The notes under the pieces were generated by a model that worked only from the letters and a program-made list of their open reading frames with translations, was not told where the DNA came from and made no database searches. A DNA stretch of 64,000 nucleotides from Haplodiscus bocki. Its lineage: Eukaryota. The stretch spans positions 64,232,001 to 64,296,000 of the forward strand of contig OZ296658.1 of the NCBI GenBank assembly GCA_965655095.1. The letters are read 5' to 3'. This document shows, in pieces, positions 1-12,600 of the stretch. How positions within the stretch are numbered: the stretch's first letter is position 1; every line of letters starts with the position of its first letter. The position numbers and the translations under genes were made by a program.

Positions 1-265
1 ATGTGTGATATCTCCCTTAACCAATTTTTATTTCCCCTAGCTGCAAGTTTGAATTATGGAATCTGATAGATAATTGGTAGTTTAAGGATTGCAAGTTTAG
101 TTGATCCGTTTTCGGTTCTCTCAAGTTTTGGCGAGTAGAGCTAAAAATGCATATTTGTAAATTTTATTGATACTTGATCCGGATTATAGAACTCTTGTCA
201 ATCCTTGTGCAAGAAGTTGTCAAATTCTGAATTCTGTTTGACGCTAATTCGTTTTTTCAATTCAG

Positions 266-640
266 TGTGCTCAGAACATCTCAAAGCTAGCTGATGTCTA
301 TGACTTGGACCCATCAGCACGAGCTAACGACTCAAAGCTGTTAGAGATATGCCCCCTCCTTCTGTATCGAGCACTCACTGATTGTGAACACCCACACAGC
401 GAACAAGAAGAGGAAAATGTTGCAGGAAGCAATCATGAGAGTTTGGTACGTGTTGATACTCGTCTGGGATACATGTATGGAACCATGGCCATACTTCTGT
501 GCAGTCTTCTCTCGCTGCTGGGAATCCCACTCGTTCTTTGTGACCGCAATTCAGTCGGCATGCAAATTCTTCTGCAATTTCTTATTGGATTGGCTGTGTC
601 GAGCATGGCCTGTGATGCGGTGCTACATTTGTGGCCTATG
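266..640 (+). CDS. ZIP transporter exon (CPALLY-like motif, TM1-TM2)
   Basis: ttcag acceptor ending 265; reads [12 protein letters not shown]...EICPLLLY...LHLWPM; gtaggt donor at 641. Confidence 0.92.
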
Positions 641-3600
641 GTAGGTTTGTTCTTAACCGCTGTATTCTTCAAACACCTTTTATCTTTTTCGTACATGTTT
701 GTGACGTTACAAATTTTCTTGTAACGATATTCATCTACGCAAATTTCGTCTCAGATGCTTTGCTTTCGGAACTATTGCTAAAACGTTGTTACCAATTCCC
801 AAGTTTGCACCGGAAGAAACGAGTTAGTCCAAAGATACAAATGGTACGAACGAACCGAACGAGGTATTCTTGGAGTTTTGGAATGATTTCAGTTCTCGAA
901 ATGAGATCTTGACATTCTTGCCGTAATTTGCCGTTCAACCCCCCCCCCCCAATTTACGAAATCAAAGGCTCCTGATGCTAAACGCATATTTTGCTCAACC
1001 CCAGCCAATGCGACGAAAGTAAACTGTTCACAATCAGTTTGGCTGGGCTGTGCCAACTTCCACTCACTTAGGGCTGGATAATTATGGTGCTTAATTGTGT
1101 TTTTTCCCTGGAATCATTTCAGGCCGTCGAAGTTCACGCCTCCCATGGAAGTCAAAACACTATGAATCAAGAAGATCATAACCACCACGAAGACATCCAT
1201 CACTCTTTCTGGAGCAAACAAGGTCACATTGGAGGTCATGTCGAACATTTGCGCCTGTTTGAGGAGGAAGAGTCTGCTGCGGGTCATCTCTCGGAAGGTG
1301 CTGCAGGAATGGGATCGGGGTCATTGGCAGCAGGTCACCATGGGGGCCATCTTGACAAAACATATCTGTGGAGATCGGTAGCTGTTATTGGAGCACTTTA
1401 TTTGTTCTTCATATTCGAGACACTGATGCATCAATCTATCGATCACCGACACACACATTCTTTGGCGGTCAGTTGTGCAAGCAATTATATTTGGGTATTT
1501 AGCTTACATAAGGCCTGTGCTATGGATTTTATTTTCGTTTCTTAGCAAAGCGATTCCGGACCGGCCGGCTGAACGATAAAGGAGTGAACGGTCAGGGGAC
1601 TAATAATATTCAGTTTTAACTCCAATTAACCCAGGCAATTTTGTGAATTTCGGGGAAAAAATGGGAAAATTTTCTTGGTCGAGAATATCTAAAACTATGC
1701 ATTTCCAGGAAATGAACTATATGGCTTTTAAAAGGTCGATTAGTGGGATTTCATTTTCATTCCCCTCCTCCAGAATTTTTGTATCTTTTCAAGTACCACC
1801 GCTTCGCGGTCATTCTGTCCTTCGGGGGACTTGTAGTAACGACAGCCCCGTATTGTATTCTTACGCACAAGTCATGGCTGTGTGATGACTCATAGTTGCC
1901 GTCTTTAAGTGAATAGCAAGAAAAAAATGAAATAGCCGCTTCAAACCCTAATTCTATTCAGTTGGACAAAATGACAATAGAAGGTGAAAAGGTAGGGTGC
2001 TAATGAAAATGAGTTTGTGGAAAACAGATTCGGAGGGTGAAAAGAAGGTAGGCTGCTTTGAAGCAGCTTAGGTTAATTAGGGCTATGTTTATGTAGTAAT
2101 TGATTCAAATAATCCCTGAAATTTGTCAATTTTATTCGCATCTTAATTTTGCTTTTTAAAATTGTGTCAATTTTCGTGAAATAGCTCCTTCCCAAAATTT
2201 TTTACTAAGCTAATTTGTTCGTGCTTAATGCCTTTTTGTTCAGCTCTTTTTTTACTCCCTTCTTTGCAGCGATTTTTCTCTCGCTAGACGGAAAGCTGCG
2301 CAGATGATGCGATTTTCGATTACTGACAGAATTGATATTATCCGCCAATAAAACCATAAGGAGTGCCGAATGCTTCAAATGCTGGCTGTCTATAGTGGTA
2401 TTATGGAAATTGAAGGAAAAAAATTATTTTAAGGACATTTTTACTTCAAATTTTCGGACCTTCCTAACTTTTTCAGGCTTCCAGTTTTCGTGAGTTTTTT
2501 CACGTCCACCACACATCGCTTTTTCAAATATCTTCTCGCTTCAGAATAATTACACGCCCTTACCTACGGTATGGATTTCAGATTTATTCGCTCATCAAAG
2601 CGCTCACATCCAAGGTTTTTCCCACACTCAGTTTTATGTTTGCTGGATGCTGGAGAAAATGGAAAGGGAAAAATTTTGGATGATCAGAGAGCGATCTTAT
2701 GACGATTCACACTAATGGCCTCATCTTGTTCACGTGCTAATATTAAACAACAATTCGTTTGATCAAATGCATGAATTTCAGCTCAATGCGGTTTGTTAGC
2801 TAGATGTCCATAAGAGCAAACGGTGCGTCTTGTGCGCTGGCTGAAATTAGTTTTGATAGTTTTCCATCCCAAGAGAAACTTTCCAAACTGAATTTAAATC
2901 AGCCATGTTACTCAATCTAAAATGAAATCACGCCTAATAATATAAATTCGGTTTGGCAAATTTGATTTTGCGTTCAAAACAGTCACCGTATGAAGTCATT
3001 TTTCCATTTTCAATGCTGTTGGCGGCTGCCTTTAGTTGCCATGGCTTGAAATAGTCAACGCTTCCATTGGGAAAGACTTAGTCTCCAAACTTCTGCAATT
3101 TTCTTTGCCAAGTCCGAAGTATTTGTACTCGAATGCTTATAAAATTGACGTGTGAAACGCGCAATAATCTGATGCTTAGTTCTCTTTCCGTCTCATAACT
3201 CAACACTTGTATGCTGACGTATTATTTTACAGGAATTGATCGACAGATGTTAAGTGACGTTTGAAAAAAGTTCTGTATTTCTTGCAAAACTTGACTTTCG
3301 TTTTCAAAGTGGAGATCTCATTAAGACTACTAATACATCGAAGTATTATGAAGCGAGAATTTATTTACAAAAAAAACATTGTTCTCATGAAATAGGCACC
3401 CTGCTACTGCTATTCTTCATGTGAATGTGACACTTCATCAGCTACCACCATTCATGAAAACTCGTACTGACGAATAACCTCGAATTGTACAGTGAAGTCC
3501 GGTTAGAAGGAACGCGTATTCTAGTTCCATTTTTAATTTTCTTCAAAAACTATTCCGTTTATAACGGAACACAGCATTTATGGACAAAAATCGTGATCCA

Positions 3601-6600
3601 TACGCGTCCGTTATAATCGGATTCCACTGTTATTAGACCGCGGGTCAAAATGTAAATTATCTTAAGTAACTTCGAATCGTTCGATCGATGTGTCGAATAT
3701 TAGTCAATATTGTGTAGATAATGTCTGTTGAAGATTCCGTATGACTAGAGGTTCAGCTCGACTTGATTGATCGTTGTCAAGTACAGTTTGCAAATTGTTA
3801 AGCTATGAACTGTATTCAGGTAAATATTTATACCGGAGGTGCGATTTTGTAACGAATGAAACATCAAGTTTGAGGCTAGGTTTGCTGGTGTCAAAACTTG
3901 TGGAATACTGCTTAGAGTATAGTGGCCGAAAGTAATTTCAAATTGTAATGCAAGGTTTTTCATGTTACATGCTTTGAATGACGGCGGCTATTTGCAAGTC
4001 CGAAAATTATATGGCTGGATTGAGAACGGTGCCGTCGGCACCTCCACATCGCTTGTTCTGCCCATTTTGCTGGGTGTATGTGTGTCGTCGCTTAGCTCGA
4101 GGTAATTTGTGTGATGCCTTGGTAATAATCCGATATTTATTCTGCCTAAATTTGATTGGCTGATTTCAATTTGACGCAATTTTTTTTATTCTTTCGGACT
4201 TGTGAACCGAAACCTTCAATGACAGATAAGAAACAAGACACCCAGCTATTACTGGGATATTTTCCGCCCTCCAACTGCATTGAGAACTCGTTTTTGGGAA
4301 AAACTACCCTACGTTCTATCACATTGGCTAAATTTTTCCAATATTCAAAAATTTCAGATTTTTCAAAAAATTTTGGTCCCAAGAAGATTTTTTAAGGAAT
4401 AATACCATTTTATCCGCATTCTACATCAAATTTGTTGCTATTCCCCCAATTTTCAAAGTTTTTGTTTTTCATGAACCAGTTTTTTCTATTAAAAAAAATT
4501 CATTCGTTCTTACGAAACCCTACTATTTCATTCGCATTCAACGGCGATTTTGCTAAAATTTCGTCATGAAAAAAATTTAAACTGATAAAACTTCTGGAAT
4601 CATGAACTAGCAAGTAAACGTGAAAAGAAACCGCACGCATTGATTGGATGATTTTCCTTCCATATTGAAATATGAGCGGAAAATGATCAGGTAACTTAAA
4701 GAGAAATGCTTCGCTTTCTTAAACTACTTCAATATCCGCAAATTTGAGCTCGCAAATCAGCATCACTATTCGCGTGTAGAACATCGTGTAACTCACTTTT
4801 TCCTAGACAGTTTAATGATACAATAAATGTACTTATGAAAATCCTCCTTTTGTCCGATTTTCGACTTTCCGGGAACATACTTGAAGCAAAATAAACTAAC
4901 AAATGAAATTCAGTAATTGAAATTGAAAGTTGAATATAAGTGAATGCTGTAACAAAATAAGTTTCTAAAAAAATAAAAGTTTTTGTCAATCACTCAGTTA
5001 GGAGAGAGAATCAGCTTGTTAGCTCTTCTGGTCTCTGCCCTAAAGATCCAGAAAGTCCTGAGGACAAAGAAGAACAAACGGAGTATGTTGGAATATTGTG
5101 AAGAATAACTGCTTGTAAAGAAGCTTTGGTTGTTCTGAAGGCTCCCTTTATGGTTTCAGTTTGATACTTGAGTAATTTGCCTTTCAAAGAAGAGGTTTTT
5201 CGAATCTCGTCCATCGATCTACAATTTTCCATTTTTTTTTCAACTGTAGAAATATGTGGCTTCTCGTCATTTTCAATTGCAGAAACATTTGGCTGCTCAT
5301 GAAACTTTTCACATTTCTAGCCAAGAGGTCACAGTCAGCTAACTAATTGAAGCTTTTCTTCAAAAGGTTTTCCAACTGTCAGAACTCGAGGGGCAAGGTT
5401 TTGAAAATTTTCATTTGGTACCACATATTTCTGTAAAACTTACTACCGGTGACTGTGGTAGTTTAAAGAAGTGGATAAAATATTAAGACAGAACAAATTA
5501 TGATTTGAACAAACATTTAGATGTGCTAATATGGTATCTCATGCGCTTCTCGAATAATTTCAAAGTTCATGTTGGGAATGTCAATGGGATGACACCAACC
5601 ATTTTCTTTTCCTAACAGTTCTGCAATAAGATGTTAGCAATAAATGTTTTTCATTAAACCTTGTCACATATGCTGTCTTCTTCCTGCAGAAAGTCGAAGG
5701 GTGACTCAGATATTTTTTGTTTGAAAGTCTCCTCGAGCACTTCCAGAACATTCAAGCGGAACACAGTCAAAATTTGATGCGTATCCATTATTTCCGTCAC
5801 ACTCAAATTTTTTGAAAAAAAAGGGTCGGATAGTTTTCAACTATTTCTAGGTTCGTTTCGGCTGCACAACTGTATATCAGCAATCCATAACTGATCGTAC
5901 AGATGCATTGTAGAACAGCAGAAAACAATGTATAGGATGTATTCAACAATATATTTCACAATGTTTCATGCTTTTGTGACTCAATTTGTTCCATTCTGTC
6001 GGCTTTTTTCTCCACTCCTGGAATCATTTATTGCTTTTACTACTGCTCTTTTAATCTCGTTCGAAATCCAATCGTTGCTTTTTGACTTTCTGTTTTTACC
6101 TCCGCTGCAAATCTGTCAACGACCTCAATAGTCGTCACGACAATATGATTCAAATCCGCGAGCGTCTTCTAATATTTTCAATTTTGGTGCAATATGAATA
6201 AAAATTTCGGAGCATTGTCACCCTCAATGTTTTTCAGTTTTCTGAACATGTTTTAACACTAATGCTTCATCTGGAGATTTCATTCGAACCGCAATGTCTC
6301 CGAGAACAGTAGATGATCACTCATTGTTGTTTTATTAGTTTTATTCGTAATTTCATAACTTGTAATCCCATGGTCCAGGCATGTTGCCGATGTTACTGTG
6401 ACTCTTGAAGATTTTCAGCTTTGTCCCTTGAAATCAAAAGCAGCCAACAGATTTCTATCATATCTGCTTCTACTGTCAGAGTTGGAGTCAATATTAAAGT
6501 CCCGAAGTCTTTTGAATCATTTTTTGATTTGCTCACTAATTGTATTCTTTTTCATTCGAGTAAAATTTGTTTACTTCTATGGTAAGGCGACCGGTATATC

Positions 6601-9600
6601 ACGCAATACTTCAGATAGCTTTTACATCCAAACTTTACTTGAACGATTGCACTCTGTATTTGTCCAGTACTAGACTGTTTCATATTTAGGATCTTCTGAG
6701 ATGGAGAGAGTTCTCTTTTCTGGTTCGTTTTCCGAGGTTTCGATTCTATAGAGTGGCAGCCGTGTTTGCCTAATATGTTGATTTCCGCATGTTTTCAGCC
6801 AAGTCTCAGTTAATGTCATTACTTTTGGTTCTTTTTTGTAAGCTTTGCAATCAACTGGTTGTAATGGAACGCTAGAGATCGTTTTTTGACCATTGAACAG
6901 TTAGCGATTTTTTCATTGTACTCATTCAATGTGGACTGTCAGACTTGTTCTCTTTGATAATCATAGGGAAGTCGAACGATTATACGCTTCATGTAACATT
7001 GGCTTGGTAGAAATTGATAGGCTCCGATATCCACTTCTTGCAATGTGAATTGCAGTGTCTTGTTCACTAGTTGCATTACTGCATCAAGAAGTTTTATTGT
7101 TGTTAATCCAAGCAAAATCATGCATTATTTTGATGAAAATCAATCCATCTGGTTCGGTTTCTCTTGAAATAATTGAACCTGATACAGTAATTTGTCCTTT
7201 CTATTTTCCAGGGAAGGGATCTTTTTGCTCTTAAGTGGTGCCAATCAGAGACAATAAAAGTGGTTTAAGTTGGTCTGAATCTGTAACATCTATTGAGTTA
7301 AGTTTATCTTTCACGGAGGACATTTTTTTGGCTGTGTACGAATAGAACAACTAATACGTAATTAAGACAATTCAATCACTCAAGAACACAGCTGCGAACG
7401 GTTTCTTTCGCGCGCCAACTCTTTTATCCAAAATGTATAAATAAATTTGTTCTTATGTATAACGATTTTTTCGCGGTGGTATGAAATTAGATACCAAACA
7501 TGCGCCCCTCGGGTTCAAATTCCAAAGATGGAATTTAGAAAGATCGCGAAACTACATTGTTGAGTTACGTGCTCGAATTCAGCCCAGAGTTTCAGATTCC
7601 TCCACATTTTTCTAGTAGTCATTTATGGAAGTCGTCGAATGTTTCAGATGTACAGCTGATCTTTTAAGGACTTCAAAAAATTTTCGAAGTACTTATAATA
7701 TTGCTTGGTTTTTGTTTTTTGACGCTTTTTTCACGCTGCAAAGCTGCGTGGGAGTACAGGAGGGACCATACGGAGCATCATAGTAGCGGTGCGCACAAAT
7801 CAAAGTACTAGTACTGTCTTGTTCCCTAGTCAATATACTTCAAAAGTGGAAACCCCGGGAACTTCGTTTGAGTTCATGTATCGCACTTTGCGGGAAAACC
7901 GAGTAAAGGTTAAGGGGAACCTTATGGTAATCCAGAAAGTTCTTTGCGCCTTGGGTGACTGTTTTATATTTGACATGTTATTTCAGAGTGAAGAAGTTGA
8001 CGCAAGACGTCGTGACCGAAAAAGCCATAACCATCATCACCGCGCTCACAACCATCATCATCAACACAACTCATCTCGGCTGACCAATCACACCACTCCT
8101 CATGAACATACTTGCTCAACTTCTCATGACAACACTCCTGTGTGCCACTCCTCCGCCTCGGCGGTCAACAGGAAGCCGCCACCAGCTCCACAAGATCATC
8201 GCCATTATAACAACCACCACGATTCGACGACGAATGAGCCGAACCAAAATTACAAAGTGCCGACTCTTACCATAAATGGCAATAACGTCGACGGTGGAGG
8301 TTTACTCCAGAAAAACAACAATTTATCCAGTTCTCATAGTTCTGTCGAATCAACTGTCGATTCGTCAGCGTTTGTTACGCATGATTCCTCGTCTAAAAGA
8401 GGATCCGAAAGATTAGACGATGAAGAATACGATGAAGGATTCGTAGTAGGATTGGCAATAGAGGGCGGAGGTGCTTGTTGTTATGAGTCGGTGGATTTTG
8501 CAACCACTGTTGTGGGAGTTAATCAGGACATAGAGCAGTGCTCGGAGTGTTTGAGAGATAATCGTGGACAAGGCGATGATGCGACTTGTTCAGTAGGTGC
8601 TAAAAACCAACATATAGGTAAGTTAATTGAATCTGAAACTATTTTGGGTCATTTTTAGACTTTATTAGGACTATTTTGCATAAAATTATCCATTTGCTGT
8701 CAAACATTACTGGTTCAAATTTGAGGCTCTATAGAGAATTTAAAAAATACTATGGTTAGGAGATAATGTTTTGAAACAAAAACCTAAATCATTTCTAACC
8801 CAGGGCGTCTGTTTGAAAGTTGTTTGCTGGAAGGAAGGTAATATCTCTTTAATGTTTTTATCGTAAATTTTCGGTTTTCAAACTTTCCGCAACCTTGTTT
8901 TTCAACACTTTGTTGTACCACTGGTACAAATATTTCAACTTTTCTTTCTAAATAAACATGTTCACGTTTTTGTTCCTTGACAGGTCTTGGCAAGGCTTCC
9001 AACATAATTCTGACCTCATGCAAAGACCGAGAAAGAAAGAGTTCAATGTGTGACTCGGTTCTCATGCAAAATGACCCTGTGGGAGACCACGCAGCAGTTC
9101 CCCCTGAGAACATGCAGGGCTGCAAAGTTGTGCCAAAACAACCAGAAATGATAGCGGCCCACGTCCATGCGAGTTCTATGTGTGGGGGCAGTGAAGGCAC
9201 GGGTGTTCAATATTATTTGAAAAAGAATTTATAGCGCGAATGACTCACTCGGGAGTTAGTTTTCTCCAACGAGTGATGGGGTGAAAATATTGAAAATTAA
9301 CTTCATTTGAATAGTATTGTACTAAAGATTAGTTTATTGACATTCTATGAATAGGTGACATAATATTTTCCGTCGTAATATATTCCAGAAAGAAAATGAC
9401 TCCCTCAGTATTTAGATTTTTTCTCCAATGAATCGCAAATTCTGGCCGCGTACTGCGAAGTTTTCAAAAACAAATTCGCTCTAAATGTTCTTCTGCTTAC
9501 GTAGAATGTAGTTTTAACAACAGCAGCCGAAAATTTTTCTGGGCTAATTTGCCATTTGTGTGTTATTTTTCTGATCGAAGTAACTGCTCGCTTCAGTTTA

Positions 9601-12600
9601 TCGACGTCCCACTTGACTTCTTTTTTTTTAGTGTAGTTAATATTCGCGATGAACGAGGTTCGAACAACAAAGGTCCGGGTTCGAACCTTACGGCCGCCTG
9701 ACTTTTTTCAACGTCTGCAGCGTTTGTATCAATTTCTACGAGAACTTGTTAATTTTTAATGCAGATTGTTTTATTTCGGCTTTTTACGAAGATTTTTTGC
9801 GCAATTTTTTTCCGTATTTGAACTTTCTCGAGTATTGTCGAGTACTCTGGCTTGAGTTTCAAATTTCTTCCGAAAATTCAAAGCATAATTATAAATTAAC
9901 TATAACACATGAATAAAAACTTCTCAGCTCACGATGAAATGCACTTATGCATATTGTTTATTACACTTGAGCAAGCAATTGTTTTAACACTTTCGTAATT
10001 TTTTTCCATCCGTTTACAACCGACTCAAGTTCCAAGATTTCGCCCAAAGAGGAGGGAGTGGCCTAGGCTTGAAACTGGGACCTTTCGCGGCAGGAGTCGC
10101 TTGCTTACCGACTGAGCTATTTGTGCTCGAGAATTGACAATTTCGTCTTAAATCTAAAGCGAATTAACTAGTGATCCGTTGGCGCAGGTGTTGCGAAACA
10201 CAGCTTCACCTTTGTGATATATATGGGTGGTGGCGCCGTGGTCAGGTAGCCCACAGGTAGTGGGCTCGAATCCCTCTACAATCCTTTTTTCTTTTTCAAT
10301 CTTCTTGAAAGCCATAAATTTACCAAATTTTTTGATGAATCAAAATTTTTCTCAGAAAGTACTCTTTTCTACTCAACTTAAAAAATTGCTGATTTTCAAC
10401 AGTTTGTCTTGAGAAATTTTCCAAGCTGTTGGTTTTTTCAAAGTAGCAAGAAATTATAATTATTTCTTGAAAGTTAATTATAAATACAATTAATTAAACT
10501 TTCTTTGCTTTTTGGTATCACTTTTCTGTAGTCTGGTTCTTCAGGAACTAGTAAGAGAACAGCCTTGAAAATGATTTTGCTGGAACGCCTTGTTCTGGGA
10601 TTGTCGCATGCCAAAAAGAGCAAAGTATTGATTTTGCTGGTTGTTGAAAGTCACCTCCAAAACTACATGTTTTCAATTCTTTCATCAGTCTGAGTCGACA
10701 ACCTTTCATTTGAGTAGGATTTTTCAAAAGAAAAATAAAGTTTTTTGAGTTCGAATCCTGACTGGCCGCAAATGCCGAAAAGGCTAGTAATAATGACAGA
10801 TATCGGGTTCTCAAACTCATAAACCACCTTGATTTTCCAAAACTACCACCGACATTTTGCATCAAGAATTCAATCGACAGCTATCTACTTGAGGAGGACT
10901 GTTCAGTAGAAAAGATATCAGTTCCACTATTTCCGTTGAAATCCTGATGGTGCAAAACGGCAGGAAGTACTAATAATTTTGACCTCTCTCGACAATTTAT
11001 TTTCCTTCAGCTGAATTACCTGCTTCACTCCTGCAGAAGTCTCAATCAACCGCTTTTTATTGGACGGGGACTTGTCGAAAAAATTTTCGCTTTGCGATCA
11101 ATTCCTGACTGGCCGAAAATGCCAAAAATGTTAATGATTACAGATCTCGGTTTTCAACTCATATTTCTATGGAACTACCGCTTGAATTCTTCCATTAAGG
11201 GCTCAATCAACACCTCTATACTTGAGAACTACTCAATAGAAAAATCACGGATCTTGATTTTTTTGCGTTGGAATCCCGATAATCCAAAAATGCCTACAAA
11301 TGACGTTACTTTTCACATATCCCTATGTTCAAATTCTCATTTTTTCATAACTATTGGCTTGAATTCTTCCAAGTTATTTTTTACAGCTTCTTATCTCCGG
11401 AAAGGTGTTAGATTTGAATTTCCGTGATTTTTTGCACAGTCGACTGAATTTTCATGATACGCCGAAAAGTGACATTGTTATTGTTTTGTCGCTATTCAAG
11501 CTCATTTTTTTCGAAGCTTTCGGCTTGCATTCTCGCAACAAGTTTTCAGTCGACAACTCTCTTTTTTATCGAAATTTTTGCGAAAATCTGTATGTTGGAT
11601 CAGTCATTTCTTTATCCCCTTTGCCGGAATAATCGCAGTGCAATTGTGTCCCTTGTGAGCTATTTAGCTGATTTCAAGTACAAGTAAGTGATTCAAATTT
11701 TGACAAGTTTCGTTTTGATTCGCGCCTATTTTCCACTTCTTCGAAATGGTGTCCATTCATCGCGTTGAAAAATTGTTGGTACTCGAAGTGTCCAAAAATT
11801 TTTCAAGTATCTGCTCAAAGCGTCGCACTTATTCAACTTTCAAAACGCTCTGAAATTTTTCACGCTTTCGAATGTTAAACGCAATCGAATTTTTTTTTGC
11901 TGAATCTGCCCACTTTTTTTGGTCGGAAATTGGTGTAATCAATTCGCTAATTCCAACATTTAGGACTTTGGAAAATTTATATTTACGAAGTACGTAGTTT
12001 CGCTCGATTTTTTGAATGCTTCTTCGTACGAAATTTTGCGACTTTGTCCGAAACAAAGAATTTTGTGCAAAATTTGAATCAAAGGTGTGTGGGAACATAG
12101 AATGGACACTACGGCCTATCATAGTAGCGATAAGAGCGTGCGAATAGAAAAAAATATAAATCTTTTTCGTTCGCGGCTCAATACACTTCTAAAAGTAAAA
12201 ACCGTGGAACATTTTGAAATCATTATTCTCATTTCTCAGAAGAACGGAATAAGGGTTAACGGGGACTCTCTGGTTATCCCAAAAAATTTCCGAAGTCATA
12301 TCCGACTTGGGCAGCTATGTATTTCACTTTTATAAACCTTACGGCTCAATGCCTTGCTGTTCTTTTCCGCGCATTTTTAAGTATGGAAGAAAAATCATCC
12401 TCTCAACGCTTGTATTTTCTACATTTACTTGCCAATTAAAAATGTCCAAATCGAAATTTTTAATCAACAAATTAAATTCACCGTAGGATGCGACTGAATT
12501 AAAAAGATTTTTCAAATACGTACGCAATTTGGGTTTTTTTATGGAAAAAAATGTTTTTTATGAATTTTTTTTTGAATTCTTCCATCAAGGGATCAAGCAA

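Noticed and set aside
10057-10126. Functional tRNA gene
   Set aside because: A/B boxes are present but the acceptor and anticodon stems are not coherent; treated as a tRNA-derived repeat.
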